A DNA stretch of 63,514 nucleotides, filler included, from Octopus bimaculoides (lineage: Eukaryota), in the NCBI RefSeq assembly GCF_001194135.2. It is 6 parts of 6 records of this genome, joined end to end, with 100 filler letters (N's around TTAATTAATTAA, not from the genome) between each part and the next. Parts side by side here need not be neighbours in the genome. Positions count along the whole stretch, not along the records: positions 1 to 16,246 come from NC_068996.1; 5 more parts are not named here. One strand, written 5' to 3'. Made by a program: the position numbers and the translations under genes. The notes under the pieces are model-generated. The model did no database searches and had not been told where the DNA came from. It saw only the letters and a list, made by a program, of their open reading frames with translations. This document shows, one piece after another, positions 1-12,301 of this stretch (within the stretch, counting starts at the first letter, position 1; each line of letters starts with the position of its first letter).

Positions 1-392
1 AGGCAAGACTTTTGAACATTGGGCCTCACCGAGGCGATGACTACTGACCGAGACCTTTGGAAATGTGCAGTGTGTGAGAAGACCCGGCAAGCCAAGTGAG
101 ATCGTTGCCAGTGCCTCTGGACTGGCTCTTGTGCGGGTGGCACATAAAACACCCCATTTTGAGCGTGGCCGTTGCCAGTACCGCCTGATTGGCCTTCGTG
201 CGGGTGACACGTAAAAGCACCCACTACACTCTCTGAGTGGTTGGCGTTAGGAAGGGCATCCAGCTGTAGAAACTCTGCCAAATTAGATTGGAGCCTGGTG
301 TTGCCATCTGGTTTCACCAGTCCTCAGTCAAATCGTCCAACCCATGCTAGCATGGAAAGCGGACGTTAAACGATGATGAGGATGATGATGAT
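1..392 (+). mobile_element. 3' end of RTE-clade LINE (ORF2 C-terminus, 3' UTR, (GAT)n tail)
   Basis: Frame 16-99 reads TLGLTEAMTTDRDLWKCAVCEKTRQAK*, a typical RTE ORF2 end. It matches the reverse complement of ~6195-6270. The 3' UTR is shared with 3365-3650 and 14686-15085 and ends in GATGATGAG. Confidence 0.85.
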
Positions 393-393
393 G

Positions 394-427
<34 letters not shown>

Positions 428-444
428 GTGTATGTATATATATT

Positions 445-1606
445 TTGTTAACTCTGCTGTATAGGAAGGTCAGTTGGGCACCATCTGTGAGAAAGCAGCA
501 CCATGACACAATTCATTCAGCCAGAAATTTGGAAATATCATGCTTTACTGCTGGATATTTGCACTGGAAGCTCCAATATCAACATTTCAGAGTGTTTGGG
601 TGTCAATATGAGGACAGTGCAGATGATTTAGAAAGAGTTGGATGAGTCTAATGGTGATTATGAAGGTACAGCAACTTAGAAAATTCACTCTGACTGTTCT
701 AATATGAAATTTGTTGGTGAAATCCAAGCCATGATTGACAACAATCCCTCCAAGTCAATCAGATTAATTGCCAGGGACATGGGAGTGTCTGAGTTTCTTA
801 TCAAGCAGATAGTGCATGAAGACATTCAGTATTCCTTATACAAAATGAGAAAGGCCAGTTTTTATCCCAAGTCATCAAGGATAATAGGAAAGACTGTGCA
901 ACAAAGCTTTTGAACAAACTGAAGCATTCCCTCCAACAGAACATGCTTTGATTTTTCTCAGACAAGAAAAATTTCTGCCAGGATCAGAGGGTGAACACAC
1001 AGAACAACTGTTAGCTTGCTGTGTCCCCAAAACATATGTACCGAGAGTGATAAAAATCAAACATCCAATCAACATCATGGTGTTTGGAGTGACCATTAGT
1101 GATGGTGATGTTATGCCTCCATTCATCTTCCCACACAGCCTCAGACTCAATATGGAGGCCTGCATCAAATGCCTGAAGGAGGTAGTGCTGCCCTGGGTTA
1201 AGAGGGTGGCTGCCGGAAGACCCTATGTCTGGCAACAGAACTCTGCACCATGCCACACAAGCAGGAGAACCCAGTCATGGTTGTCAGACAATTTCTGCGA
1301 CCACATCACCCCTGGCCACCTAACTCCCCAGACTACAACCCCTTTAATTATTACGTGTGGGGTGCAGTTGAGTGAGAGACCAACAAAACTTCTTGGAACC
1401 CCAAAAACGAACTGAAGGTAAGGGTTATGGCAGCATTCACCAACTTAAGCAAGAGATGTTCAGAAGAATTGCAGGAGATTTCGAAGTCATCTGGAGGCCA
1501 TGGTTGAAGCCAGTGGTGATTTTATTGAATAAATTTACTCTTTAGTATGTCAGTGTTATTTTCATTTCTGTGTAATTTAGACGACAGTTTATTCACTGCA
1601 CCCTGT
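445..1606 (+). mobile_element. Degenerate Tc1/mariner-superfamily transposon, maT (DD37D)-like transposase pseudogene (~503-1532)
   Basis: Frameshifted translation gives MTQF..., PSKSIRLIARDMGVS (HTH), FFSD-like, IMVFGVTISDG, YVWQQNSAPCH and WPPNSPDYNPFNYYVW motifs, with the stop at 1530-1532. A right-end CACCCTGT at ~1599-1606 resembles a CAGGGTG TIR. The left TIR was not seen. Confidence 0.8.
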
Positions 1607-1629
1607 CAATTCAAATAACAAAATGTAAA

Positions 1630-1760
1630 AATGAATGTGAGAACGTGCACAAGAAATGTATTAGCTTGACGCTCAGTGAAAAGAGAAAGTTTGATGTTTC
1701 GAGCAAAGCTCTTTGTTGGAAAGGAGAAAAAGAAAAGTCCAAAGATGGAGAAGAAATCAT
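1630..1760 (-). repeat. Decayed copy of the hammerhead-bearing short repeat
   Basis: Reverse complement reads TTT-CCAACAA-A-GAGC-TTT-GCTC-GAAACATC-AAAC...CTGAGCGTCAAGCTAATAC. Stem II and the downstream motif match 12710 and 59680; the catalytic core is mutated. Confidence 0.7.
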
Positions 1761-1782
1761 CAATGGTACATATATACATATA

Positions 1783-1945
1783 CAGGTGTGGCTGTGTGGT
1801 AAGAAGCTTGCTTCCCAACTACATAGTCTAGGTTCTGTCCCACAGCATGGCACCTTGGGCAAGTGTCTTCTGCTATAGCCTGGACCAACAAAAGCTTTGT
1901 GAGTGGATTTGGTAGATGGAAAATGAAAGAAGCCTGTCGTATATA
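1783..1945 (+). mobile_element. tRNA-derived SINE, OR2/CORE-like family, 5' half
   Basis: tRNA-like head GTGGCTGTGTGGTAAG...GGTTCTGTCCC, followed by the CORE-like GGCACCTTGGGCAAGTG. Many copies occur in the window. Confidence 0.75.
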
Positions 1946-1984
1946 TATATATATATATATATATATGCCCAGAAGGATCCCCAT

Positions 1985-2470
1985 AGATAGAAAGATAGCT
2001 TTTGCTATCTAGGTGACTTAACTGGCAGTGTAAGGGGATGCTCTGAAACTATAGTGACCAGAGTAAGAATAAACTGGAGAAATTTCAGAAACTTATTACC
2101 ACAAAAACAAAAGGTTTCTCTCTCAGAGGAAAAGGTAGCTTGTATATGAACTGCAATGTTACATGTATGAACCTCGAATGCATGAGGACATGCAAAGTTC
2201 AGAAAGAAATAGAGCAAGCATACTCTGTTGGATGTGTGGTGATAGTATACATAAATGCTGTACATAAATGTATTGAGAGAAAAACTGTTGCGTAAGAGAA
2301 ATTAGCAGTTCATAGTTTGCAAAAGAGAAGACTGCATTGGCGTGAGTATGTGATATATATGTTTGAGGACAGCTGTAAAAAGAAGTGCCAATTGCTTAAT
2401 ATAGATGGAATCTATAGAAAAGAAAGATGTGAGACAAAGCTGTGAAGGCTGTTCTCAAGCTGTTGACCTT
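1985..2470 (+). mobile_element. Degenerate RTE LINE ORF2 fragment (RT thumb / C-terminal region)
   Basis: Broken frames read FCYLGD..GCSETIVTRVRINWRNFRNLLP..KGFSLRGKG and RRLHW..EDSC.KKC. These are homologous to the 6195-7955 element. Confidence 0.7.
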
Positions 2471-2814
2471 CAAGGAGGAGATGACCAAGAAGATGATTGT
2501 CAATTTGCTGTGCTTGTGAAAGCCTGTCTGTCACAGTTCAGAGCCCAGCTCTGTGCAAACACATTTTGCCCCTGTCAAGCCATCAACACCCTATCATCTT
2601 CCTATTCCTAATCCTTCATTGCTCTCCTAACTACAGCATTATTCGGCTGCTATAATTAAATGAGAAATAAAACTACATATTTTATTCCATTTTATGCTAC
2701 CAGTTATTTTCACAATCCTGAACTAAATCCTATGGAAATCCACATCTCACTCTTAACAAATTGATGACCTTCCCACTTTTGTTTGCAACTCACAAGATTT
2801 GCCCTTAATTAATA

Positions 2815-3260
2815 CACATCAAGACTTCCCATGCATCACAACCATATATCTATGACATAATATCAAGATAAAACAGTGCATGACTTTGCAGGTGGGGCTC
2901 AGTTAGTTTTCTTCAGGTCGAGTAGTCCATCCTGCTCAAAAGTTCTTTGAATAAGGGTTGTTTAAGGACGATGAACAAAACATCCATGTTTCTAGGAGCA
3001 AATTATTCAAACCACAAAGAATTCCTCTCAACATGCTCCCCCATTACTTTTGCTCATGATGTGAGATATACATATTGTCAGCCACTAAGGGATGTGCTCA
3101 ACTTGTTATGGTCAAGCAACTGACAAGCAAATCTGATACTCAGCAGAATATTTGCTGTAGCCCATCATTTATACCAAGACAAAACATGTACATGATAACA
3201 CTTCCAGCCAGTTATGATCAGAAGTCATGAGAGCCACTGCCTGGTACTGCATCAGGACAT
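2815..3260 (-). mobile_element. Unclassified ~560-bp interspersed repeat (copy of the 43875-44440 family)
   Basis: Colinear similarity to 43990-44440 (e.g. GAATAAGGGTTGTTTAAGGA, CAAGACAAAACA, GAGAGCCA.TGCCTGG). Confidence 0.7.
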
Positions 3261-3364
3261 TTTATCATTATTATTATTATTCTGCTCTATTATTACTATT
3301 CTGTATCTTATAGCGGAAACAGCTGTAAGCTAATGAAGTTCATAAGATAATCACTTATTCCTCT

Positions 3365-3646
3365 GTCAAGACCCATCAAGCTGAGCAAAATCGCAGTTGT
3401 AGCAGATACTGGTATCATGTAAATGACACCTTTCTGGTGGCATGTAAAAGCACACTCTCGGAATAGTTGGCAATAGGAAGGGTATCCAGCTGTAGAAAAC
3501 CATGCCAAATCAGAGTGGAATTTGGTGCAGCCTCCTAGCTTACCAGCTCTGGTCAAACTGTCCAAACCATGCCAGCATGGACAACAAGTGTTAAATAATA
3601 GTGATGATGACGATGGTGATGATGATGATGGTGATGATGATGATGA

Positions 3647-3650
<4 letters not shown>
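3365..3650 (+). mobile_element. RTE LINE 3' end with (GAT)n tail
   Basis: GGTGGCATGTAAAAGCAC...AGGAAGGGTATCCAGCTGTAGAAA...CCATGCCAGCATGGA followed by GAT repeats; matches 1-392. Confidence 0.75.
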
Positions 3651-3699
<49 letters not shown>

Positions 3700-3809
3700 A
3701 TCGATCTCAATAGTCTAGGTGTGCCTGTGAAAGTCATGAGAAATGCCTCTTCTGCCAAACCCAATAAATAAAAGAATATTACACACAAACACACATATAA
3801 ATATATCTT

Positions 3810-4195
3810 ATCTTTTATTTGTTTCAGTCATTTGACAGTGGTTATGCTGGGGCACTGCCTTGAGGGGTTTTAGTCAAATGAATTGACCTCAGGACCTTTC
3901 TTTATTAAAGGCTATCAGTTTCCTTTGCGAAACTACTAAGTTATGAGCATGTAAACACAACAGTACCAGTTGTCAAGCAGTGGTGTGGGACAAACCCACA
4001 CACACACACACACACAAAATATACAATGGTATTCTTTCAGTTTCCGTCTGTCAAATTCACTCATTCACTCACAAGGCTTTAGTTAGTCCGAGGCTATAGT
4101 AGAAGACACTTGTCCAAGGTGTCACACAATGGAACTGAACCTGAAACAATGTGTTCAGAAAGCAAGCTTCTTACTACACAGCCACACCTGCACCC
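3810..4195 (-). mobile_element. OR2/CORE-like tRNA SINE, near full length, with internal (CA)n
   Basis: Reverse-complement match to 30716-31143 for both the head and the 3' half. Confidence 0.75.
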
Positions 4196-4356
4196 ACACA
4201 CACACACACAGAGGATTATAATCCAAGCTGTCTCCTCATGAAGCACATCTGCATATTCCAGAGCTCCAAAGTATATTTGTAGATGTTATATTTTAACTAA
4301 AAGCTGAAAATACTGGAGAATGCTATTAAAAAAAAAATGGAAAATATTTCTTTCTT

Positions 4357-4580
4357 TATTACCCACAGGGGGCTAAACATAGATGAGAAAAACAAGGACA
4401 GACAAAGGGATTAAGTCGATTACATCGACCCCCACTGCATAACTGGTATTTATTTAATCGACTCCGAAAGGATGAAAGGCAAAGTTGACTTCGGCGGAAT
4501 TTGAACTCAGAATGTGACGGTAGACGAAATACTGTTGAGCTTTTCGTCCAACGTGCTAACGTTTCTGCCAGCTTGCCGCC
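4357..4580 (-). mobile_element. tRNA-derived SINE, family B (Nin/Deu-like central domain suspected)
   Basis: Reverse complement begins GGCGGCAAGCTGGCAGAAACGTTAGCAC and contains GCCTTTCATCCTTTCGGAGTCGATTAAATAA.TACCAG. More than 12 copies occur in the window. Confidence 0.75.
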
Positions 4581-4600
4581 TTATGGAAAATATTGTTATG

Positions 4601-4822
4601 GAGATGTACTTGCATAGCAAGTGACCTGATCTGAGATCGTGCGCTGGAACGAAAACAATTGCAGCATGTAAGGTGTTTATAAGCCATCTTGAGATGCAGC
4701 ACAGAATTTTTGTCAGTGAACAGGTCGCGGTCTCAAAGCAACGAAAATATTTTGGCAAATTAAATTTAAATGTTGAAGTGAATCTAAGGGTTTTTGTCTG
4801 TTTCTTAAATGGAAAATATTGT
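4601..4822. mobile_element. Partially deleted copy of foldback repeat family 2 (see 62414-62685)
   Basis: Shares GAGATGTACTTGCATAGCAAGTGACCTGATC, the loop and the right arm with 62414-62685. Most of the left arm is missing. Confidence 0.75.
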
Positions 4823-6072
4823 ATTTTCTGACAATATAAGGTGTTTTTTTTCTCCAAAAAATTCTCCCCAAAAGTCCCAAGTTGAACTTTATGTGCTGAA
4901 GACCAAGTTTTGGATAGACTTGGTTAATGTTATTAATGATGGCCAATATAGGTGATGGTGGAGGTCAGTGGTGATATTTGGTAGTGTTAAGGGAAGCTAT
5001 TGTAAGTTAGCCTAATAGTTTACTAAAGGATGTTAGTCTAAATTTCCATGGGTCCTNNNNNNNNNNNNNNNNNNNNNNNNNNNNNNNNNNNNNNNNNNNN
5101 NNNNNNNNNNNNNNNNNNNNNNNNNNNNNNNNNNNNNNNNNNNNNNNNNNNNNNNNNNNNNNNNNNNNNNNNNNNNNNNNNNNNNNNNNNNNNNNNNNNN
5201 NNNNNNNNNNNNNNNNNNNNNNNNNNNNNNNNNNNNNNNNNNNNNNNNNNNNNNNNNNNNNNNNNNNNNNNNNNNNNNNNNNNNNNNNNNNNNNNNNNNN
5301 NNNNNNNNNNNNNNNNNNNNNNNNNNNNNNNNNNNNNNNNNNNNNNNNNNNNNNNNNNNNNNNNNNNNNNNNNNNNNNNNNNNNNNNNNNNNNNNNNNNN
5401 NNNNNNNNNNNNNNNNNNNNNNNNNNNNNNNNNNNNNNNNNNNNNNNNNNNNNNNNNNNNNNNNNNNNNNNNNNNNNNNNNNNNNNNNNNNNNNNNNNNN
5501 NNNNNNNNNNNNNNNNNNNNNNNNNNNNNNNNNNNNNNNNNNNNNNNNNNNNNNNNNNNNNNNNNNNNNNNNNNNNNNNNNNNNNNNNNNNNNNNNNNNN
5601 NNNNNNNNNNNNNNNNNNNNNNNNNNNNNNNNNNNNNNNNNNNNNNNNNNNNNNNNNNNNNNNNNNNNNNNNNNNNNNNNNNNNNNNNNNNNNNNNNNNN
5701 NNNNNNNNNNNNNNNNNNNNNNNNNNNNNNNNNNNNNNNNNNNNNNNNNNNNNNNNNNNNNNNNNNNNNNNNNNNNNNNNNNNNNNNNNNNNNNNNNNNN
5801 NNNNNNNNNNNNNNNNNNNNNNNNNNNNNNNNNNNNNNNNNNNNNNNNNNNNNNNNNNNNNNNNNNNNNNNNNNNNNNNNNNNNNNNNNNNNNNNNNNNN
5901 NNNNNNNNNNNNNNNNNNNNNNNNNNNNNNNNNNNNNNNNNNNNNNNNNNNNNNNNNNNNNNNNNNNNNNNNNNNNNNNNNNNNNNNNNNNNNNNNNNNN
6001 NNNNNNNNNNNNNNNNNNNNNNACATGCCACTGGCATGGGACCAGTCAGCTGGCACTGGCATCGACCATGCT

Positions 6073-6109
<37 letters not shown>

Positions 6110-6114
6110 AATTC

Positions 6115-6175
6115 AACATCAAACTCTCTCTTTTTTCTCCAAGCATTAAGCTAATACATTCCTTGTGCATGTTCT
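6115..6175 (+). repeat. 3' half of the hammerhead-bearing short repeat, lying in the RTE 3' region
   Basis: AACATCAAACTCTCTC...AAGCATTAAGCTAATACATTCCTTGTGCATGTTC matches the reverse complement of ~1635-1698. Confidence 0.65.
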
Positions 6176-6194
6176 TTTGTCTGTTATTTCTTGA

Positions 6195-7955
6195 CAGGTT
6201 TTCTGAAGCACAGCATATTGCCAAAGGTCTCGGTCACTAGTCATTGCCTCTGTGAGGCCCAACATTCAAAGATCATGCTTCACCACCTCATCCCATATCT
6301 TCCTGGGTCTCCCTCTACTACAGGTTCCCTCCACAGTTAGAGATTGGTGCTTCTTCACACAGCTGTCCTTGTCCATACACATCACATGACCATACCATTG
6401 CAGTCTCTCTTACACACCACATCTGATGCCACTTATGCCCAACTTTTCTCTCAAGACGCTTACACTCTGTTGTACATGCACACTGACATTGCACATCCAG
6501 CGAAGTATACTGGCTTCATTTCTTTCAAGCCTACACATGTCCTCAGCTGTCACAGCTCATATTTCACTGCTGTATAGCATAGCTGTTCAGGCACCATACA
6601 ATCTGCCTTTCACTCTGGCCCTTTGTTGCCAGCAAAGGTAGGAGCTCTCTGAACTTTGCCCGGCCTAATCTTATTCTCACAGAAATGCTCTTGGAATACC
6701 CACCTCCACTACTAACTTGATCACCTAGATAACAGAACCTAACTACTACCTCTAGCTTACCACTCTGGCAGTTGATGGAGTTTATTTTCTGTACATTTTC
6801 AGTGTTTATTGTACCTGTGCATCTTACACATACAAAAGCTATTTTCCCTGTTAACCTTCCTATGATATTGCTGCACCTCTTATGTGTCCATTGCTTGCAC
6901 CAGGTACATCTTATGGAGTTTCTACCTATGCCTTTTTTACAGATGGAGCAGGGCCATCTACCTGAAGAGATTTGTGATTTGTCTGCCTTCCTACTTACCA
7001 AGACTTTGGTTTTTGCTAGACCTTGCTTCCTTACCTGGAACTTCTTCTCTAGTTCTGGTAGTGATTCAGCAGTAAGAGCAAGGTCATCAGCATAGAAGAA
7101 CTCCCAGGGGCAGCCTGTCTTAAGTTCCTGTTATTGCCTGGAGGACTATGATGAACAAGAGGGAACTGAGGACCGACCCTCAGTGAACTCCTATTTGTAC
7201 CCTGAATTTTTTGCTGTACTCATTGCCAACCCTCACACTACTGATAGCGTCCCTGTACATGGCTTGTACAACTCTCACAAACTACTCGTCTATCCCAAAT
7301 TTCTGCATTGACCACCATTGATCATTGGGAGTCCCTGTAAAGGGCTTTCTCCAAGTCAACAAAAGCCAAGTACAGAGGTTTATCTTTGGCTAGGTATTTC
7401 TCCTGCAGTTGCCTTACCAGAAATATAGCATCAGTGGCACTTCTCCCTAGCACAAAATTAAACTGCATCTCATCTAGACTAACTCTCTCCCTAATTAGTT
7501 GAGCTATGACTCTCTGTAACTTTCATCACCTGATCCAACAATTGATACCTCTGTAATTATTTCTATCTAAGGTATCAACTTTACCTTTGTAGCAGTTGAC
7601 TATGGTGCTGCTACACCAGTCACTGGGTATGATTCCTTCATGAACAACTTGATTTACTATATGGGTGACCAGACCATAATTGACACTGCCAAATATTTTA
7701 AGCATCTCAGCAGTGATTCCTGATGGGCTGGGGGCTTTCCTTGTCTTCATATCCTTAATTGCTTTATCAATAAGGTACTGTCAATTCGGATAGCTGTTCC
7801 CTCAATTAGGTCAACATTTGGCATACTCTCCTCCTCTCATTCATTCTGCACATTTGGCAGTCTTTCATAATGGAATTTCTAAGCCTCTTTCTTTGCAGAA
7901 TCATTAAATGCAAGTGCACCATCATCCATGCAGGCACATTTCTCTCCTATGACAT
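6195..7955 (-). mobile_element. RTE LINE ORF2 pseudogene (RT domain with PHD-type finger, thumb, C-terminus)
   Basis: Minus-strand motifs in order: KAPSPSGITAEMLK, DWCSSTIVNCYKGK...NYRGI, (QG)SVLSSLLF, YADD (7083-7094), TKVLVS, C4HC3 finger (6819-6950), FCYLGD, and a DRDLW-type end. The frame has multiple stops and frameshifts. Confidence 0.9.
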
Positions 7956-8059
7956 CACAATTTTCTTTTGTCATTAGACAACATATGAGGATTCTGAAAT
8001 TTCTTGCTGAACTGTTTATAATGATCAAAATATTGGTGTTCACAAATTATCGTTACCTA

Positions 8060-8220
8060 TACAGGTGCACCATGTGCCGCATATCAGATGACGAAATGAT
8101 TACCAAGCAATGTGAAATCAAGTGTTTTGCTTAAGAACACAACGCAATGCCAAGTCTGGGAATTGAAACCACAATCTTGCAATCATGAGTGCAACACCCT
8201 AACCACTAAGCCATGCACAT
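8060..8220 (-). mobile_element. tRNA-derived SINE head (family C)
   Basis: Reverse complement reads GCATGGCTTAGTGGTTAGGGTGTTGCACTCATGATTGCAAGATTGTGGTTTCAATTCCCAG, with A- and B-box-like motifs. Confidence 0.6.
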
Positions 8221-8999
8221 ACACATGTGTGTGTGTGGGGGGGGGAGTAGTTTTATATCTAAGATACGGTTTAATATATTTTTGGACCATGGGTTATTAA
8301 AATAATTAAAAGCACTATCACTGCTCTTAACTAAACACTCAGAAACAAGTTACATAAACAAACTAAATTATGGTTTATATAGTTAAAAATTCCCCAAGAA
8401 ATTCTGGGTATCATCTCTAGTTGTTAAATAATCACAAAGCTAGAATTTCAAATTTGACATTAATTTTAGTTATGTTCATAGATTTAAGTTATTAGAATAT
8501 AACTTGCAGAATTATTATCAAAGTCATTCTAGACATGATCCTCTCTTTCTTTTTAATTCAAATATATTTTATGATGTATTCTACATTTTAAAGCGATAAG
8601 ACAAGATCTGAGGAAAAGTTGGTTGCTATTTTTCACATATAAAGTAACCCTATACACTTGCCCTTGTTGGTTATATAAAGATCTAAATTGTTGTGTAGCT
8701 CCAGATTGTTCTGATTCAGCAATCCTATAAGATGTACATATTTAGCTGAATGACTCATCATGACTCACAGATCTGTTGGGTCAGTTATATCATTCCTCTT
8801 TCGACTTGAGATTTATCCTTATAAATTAGACAGCTCTTACTCAGCACCACATCCCTGACAACACCAATATCTGAAACATAAAGGATGCTTTGGGGCATTG
8901 TACAATCCTCTAGCCTTCCCACCTCCCAAACTGCAGCCGATTCTTTTTTTGTCTTACCAAGAATATGTCTGTGTGTCATTTTTATTTCTTTACTATGTC

Positions 9000-9900
9000 T
9001 TTTAGGTGTATTGTGAATGTTGTGTCAGTGTTGCATGTAATTTCTTTTGTCTTCTGTATGTATGTGTGTAATATTTATGTTGTTGAGTGTGAGGGTTGGA
9101 GGTATTTGATATTCTCTGGTGTTGCTGATAAGAAAGGAGATGACAGCCCTGACTGATGCTACATTATGTCAGCTGTTGTGGAACCAGGTTTCCACATGAA
9201 GTAGTTATGCAGCTGTACCTGGAGAAAAGTGTTTAATTGTATAATAGTGGTGGGTTAGATATCTACTGAGCATGGTTTAAGCTAATCCCTAGTTTAAATC
9301 AGGTTGGATATTTTTGTTGTGTGGAGGATCTATATTTTTTATGTAGTTCTGAGATATTTTAGGATATTTCAGTAATAAATATTTACGTTAGGAATTGCAG
9401 TGTTGTTGAATTCTGCATATCTGGATGTTGTTTCCTAATTTTTTTTTTTTAAGGTTTGTTGTGTTGCTAAGCATATGAGACTGTATTTCTGAGGTGTGAG
9501 TAGGTCATGTTTGAACAAGTGGAAAAGAATGGGTAGGAAGATGGATCCTTGAAATACTCCATTCATGAAATTCTGGTTTGCAAGTATTGGTTTGATAGTA
9601 ATAAGAATAATGTGAATGAGAGGTATTTTCATTGTTGAAACATATGCCCTGTGTTAAGTTCATGTATAGTGTGGAGATTATGTGTACTGGTCAGAATGTG
9701 TTTTGATGAGGAAAAAATGTACTGGTTAGTGATATCAAGGACAAGTCTTTCTGAGGATGAACGATATGTATGATACTATTTCACTTATGCTTTTGTCGAG
9801 CTTTAGAACTGTTAGGATTTCCCCCTTCTACCACACTTCACGAATTTGATAATATTTATGGAAATATTGTCTAACAACATTTCTATATGTTGTTTATCTG
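9000..9900 (-). mobile_element. Heavily decayed non-LTR RT fragment (I/Jockey/CR1-like)
   Basis: ORF 9435-9632 contains NGVFQGSIFLPILFHLFKHDL, resembling the RT motif GVPQGSxLSPxLF. Clade assignment is weak. Confidence 0.55.
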
Positions 9901-10510
9901 CTGATCAACAGTAGTTGAGCAGACCTAGAATCAAAAAGTCATTCTAGCTACCCACCCCATCTTTTTCTTATGCATAAGTTATCCAGGACTACACTATCCA
10001 ATGTGCTCTTTTTTTTTTAAGACAATAATGTGTGATTTGAGGGAGATTTGGCTACTGTTTCTAACAGGTCAAGCAACCACAAAGATGCTCCTTTGTTGCC
10101 TTGAGCAGTTGATGTGGTGAGTGCAGTGATTACTTCATAATCCACAAGGTTTATGCTTATGATTTTGATCAAACTCCGAGTGGTTTTAGTTTTTAGATTA
10201 TTCTATTGATTTTTTTGGTGTCTGATGGAAGGAAAGGGGCCAAAACCATGTGCTGGATGAAACAAAGATATGTATTTTTCACTTAAAAAACAAGGTCTTT
10301 TGTCTTTTTTTTTTTTTTTGCTGAATTTCAAGAAATGTTCAACAACAGTGTTTGCCTAATATATTGAGACTGATATTAATATGAGGTGTCATATTAGCAT
10401 TATTATTTAGATCTAGCTAATTCCTCTAAATAGTGTTTTACAATTTACTCTGTGCTTTACGTATCATGCAAATGTTTGCCAAATTTTGGGGCGCTTTTAA
10501 GTTAATTTTC

Positions 10511-10756
10511 GTGTTTAATTGTATAATAGTGGTGGGTTAGATATCTACTGAGCATGGTATAAGCTAATCCCTAGTTTAAATCAGGTTGGATATTTTTGTT
10601 GTGTGGAGGATCTATATTTTTTATGTAGTTCTGAGATATTTTAGGATATTTCAGTAATAAATATTTACGTTAGGAATTGCAGTGTTGTTGAATTCTGCAT
10701 ATCTTGATGTTGTTTCCTAATTTTTTTTTTTTAAGGTTTGTTGTGTTGCTAAGCAT
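10511..10756. repeat. Near-identical local duplicate of 9229-9474
   Basis: 246-bp direct repeat; by eye it differs by about 2 substitutions. Confidence 0.9.
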
Positions 10757-11686
10757 CAGGTGAATTTTTATTAAGTGAACCTATAATTAAATGCAGGCTA
10801 ACCATAGCCACCCACCCTTTTTAAAGATTACATCATCAAATGTGTCCTCTAGTTTAGACTGTAGGGGACGGGAGTGAGGATGAAGATTTGTCTGCTGTTT
10901 CTAGCTGGCCGAACGACCATATACAGGTTCTCTCGTTGCTCGCTCAGTGAGGCTAATTTTGTTCAGTCACAAATGAAAGGAAATAATTGAAAAAATGACA
11001 AGAAAATTTAAACAAAATATATTACACTTTCTTTATAGGCATTTGTGTCTTGCATTTCGAGAGTGTATATAAAAATTTGCGCTAATATTTTCCTCATTTA
11101 CATATCTAACTTTGAAAAACAAGTGTATAAAATGTGGTTGAAGCATTGTTTCTTTGTTCATTTAATACAATGTACTATTAGAACTTCTACAAAATTTCAG
11201 TTGGCCTTTTGTTCCATTATATACGGCTTTCTTTAGCTTTCAGTTAAATATATTGTTTAGGGCGTGGATGAAATTGTTTCAACGCTTTTCTCACGATCCT
11301 AAGTTACATGTAAAAATCAATTGACCTGTTTAATTTGGCACTAGCTGGTTGAATTTATAATTGCTTAAAGCTAGATTACAAAGAACAGATGTTTCTTTGT
11401 TTCCTTTTCTCTCAGACTAGAATAATATTTATTTGATTAAATAAAATACAATGACTCGTCCGGTAGCGATTCGTTTCTTGCATATGTATTATATACTAAA
11501 GTTCATATGTCGATTAGCTCTACAGGTTGGATGATTCAGTATATATAAAAACTGACTCATCCCTTGGTCGTCCTCTTTCATTGATTAACAGAAAGAAAAG
11601 GATGTACAGTAGCTGACAATTATTTCGGTGAATATCCTAACGACTCAAATGTCTCTACCATAAAGTAATTGTGTGGTGGGTGGGTG

Positions 11687-11751
<65 letters not shown>

Positions 11752-12301
11752 GTATACACACACACACAAATACATACATGGGTAGGCGGAAAATGACCAA
11801 ATGATTAAGTTTGATGGGCTCGAACCTATTTTGTGGGATTTTGGGCAAATATCATTTTCTGTAACTTCAGGTCAAAAGAAAACGTAGAGAAACCCGTCGG
11901 GTGCTTTGTACTTGTAATTCAAAAATGGTACAGCCTGTGTCAGGCTGATCCTGCCTGAGAATTACGTCAAGAAGACACGTGTCTGTAGAATGCTTATGTT
12001 AATTCAGGAGCAGATAATTCAGTTGATCGAACAGAATTGATGTGTGTGTATACATACAAACATACATACATACAGACATACATACATGCATGCATGCATG
12101 CACGCATGCATACATACATGCTTGCATAGATACATACATACATGTATGCACGCATACATACATGCATGCATGCATGCATGCATACATACATACATACATA
12201 CATTAAAGTACAAGTGAGGGTATATAAACCTCAGAGGGATAGAAATATCCAAGATTAGACTGGTTGAATACCTAATAATATGGGCACACATTATTTTTAT
12301 A

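Noticed and set aside
8780-8980. Third Penelope GIY-YIG remnant
   Set aside because: Only vague resemblance; the diagnostic Cys/His and IY/YIG motifs are not recoverable.
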